The notes below the pieces were generated by a model that saw only the letters and a list, made by a program, of their open reading frames with translations, searched no databases and was not told the origin of the DNA. Position numbers and translations under genes: made by a program. A DNA stretch of 63,952 nucleotides, the filler included, from Octopus bimaculoides (lineage: Eukaryota): the NCBI RefSeq assembly GCF_001194135.2. It is 8 parts of 8 records of this genome, joined end to end, with 100 filler letters (N's around TTAATTAATTAA, not from the genome) between each part and the next. Parts side by side here need not be neighbours in the genome. Positions count along the whole stretch, not along the records: positions 60,925 to 63,952 come from NC_068996.1; 7 more parts are not named here. One strand, 5' to 3'. Positions 63,030 through 63,952 of this stretch are shown one piece after another (the first letter of the stretch is position 1; each line of letters opens with the position of its first letter).

Positions 63030-63845
63030 TATGATAGTATAAAATACAGTTATAATTAAGGGCACTGAGGCTTCTGTGCCTATATGCTGAAAGTAGACAC
63101 TAAATCCTTCTAACCAGTCCAACTCATCACTTTACATATGTTGAAAGGAAGTAAACTGACAGAATTTCATAAAATAATTCAATTTTTGATTTACCAATTT
63201 CTGGATTAGCTTAATAAATTTTCCTTCATCAGAAAACATACTGAGCGAAATAAATGAAATATTTATACATACCCACAGAAAAGCATATGCAAAACTGCGA
63301 TTACGCATAAATATCAAATATATACTTATCGAATTTCGTAGTTCACCTCAACATGTTTGTATTTTATGAATTTACCAAAATAAGTCAACTTCATGTGCTG
63401 GCCACTGATAAAATTTTTAATGATTTTATACTTTAATTATATTCGAATATTTTCCATTCACCTCGGGACAGTTTAGTTACTTCCGTAGTATTCTGACCAA
63501 ATACGTGTTGAGAAGGACTATGGAATTCGATGTGTTCATATTTGTGATATTTGTGCGTAATCGCAGTTTTGCGTGCGCTTTTCTGTAGATATCTATAAAT
63601 ATTTCATTTATTTCGGTTAGTACGTTTTGCTGATGAAAGAAAATTTATTAAACTAATCCAGAAACTGGTCAATCCCAAACTGTCTAAATCAATTTATGAA
63701 TTTCTGTCAGTTTATTTCCTCGCTTCCAACATGTGTCACTTATAAAGTGATTTAGAGCGGTTAGATGGATTTAGCGTCTATCTTCTGCATATAGGCACAG
63801 AAGCCTCTGTTGCCCGTAATTATAATTGTACTTTATACTATTATA
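63030..63845. repeat. Large degenerate foldback (~330-bp arms)
   Basis: 63030-63356 is the reverse complement (~80% by eye) of 63502-63845; an internal segment 63370-63440 recurs directly at 63860-63930. Confidence 0.8.
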
Positions 63846-63952
63846 AACATCTATATATGAATTTACCTAAATAGGTTTATTTTATATGCTGGCCACTAAG
63901 ACTTTCAATGATTTTATCTCTTAATTATTTATATATATATATATATATATAT

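Overview
AT-rich, gappy, repeat-dominated animal genomic DNA, most likely octopus (inferred from the tRNA-derived SINE families and very dense microsatellites). Seven artificial 100-bp spacers (44 N + TTAATTAATTAA + 44 N) mark scaffold joins. Nearly all long ORFs are microsatellite or N-run artefacts, or transposon remnants. These remnants include mariner, pogo, hAT (2 copies), piggyBac-like, ISL2EU/Harbinger with a YqaJ exonuclease ORF, Merlin-like and Tc1 MITEs, Helentron-type HINEs, a CsRn1-like Gypsy element, Penelope-like (PLE) fragments, R4/Dong-like REL LINEs, CR1-like and Tx1-like LINEs. One good host exon (5364-5501, minus strand, two hydrophobic helices, claudin/PMP22-superfamily-like) suggests part of the window is intronic. 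The most interesting signal is a set of small non-coding foldback elements (13293-13657, 28582-28807, 49228-49550, and a degenerate 63030-63845). Each carries divergent head-to-head copies of a minimal type I hammerhead ribozyme motif with a palindromic stem III. One has the compensatory U3-A8 core variant, one has a ~24-bp stem II, and two share a covarying downstream hairpin block. Second is a Tx1-like LINE that appears to be targeted to (GATA)n microsatellites. No CRISPR arrays, rRNA or intact tRNA genes are supported.
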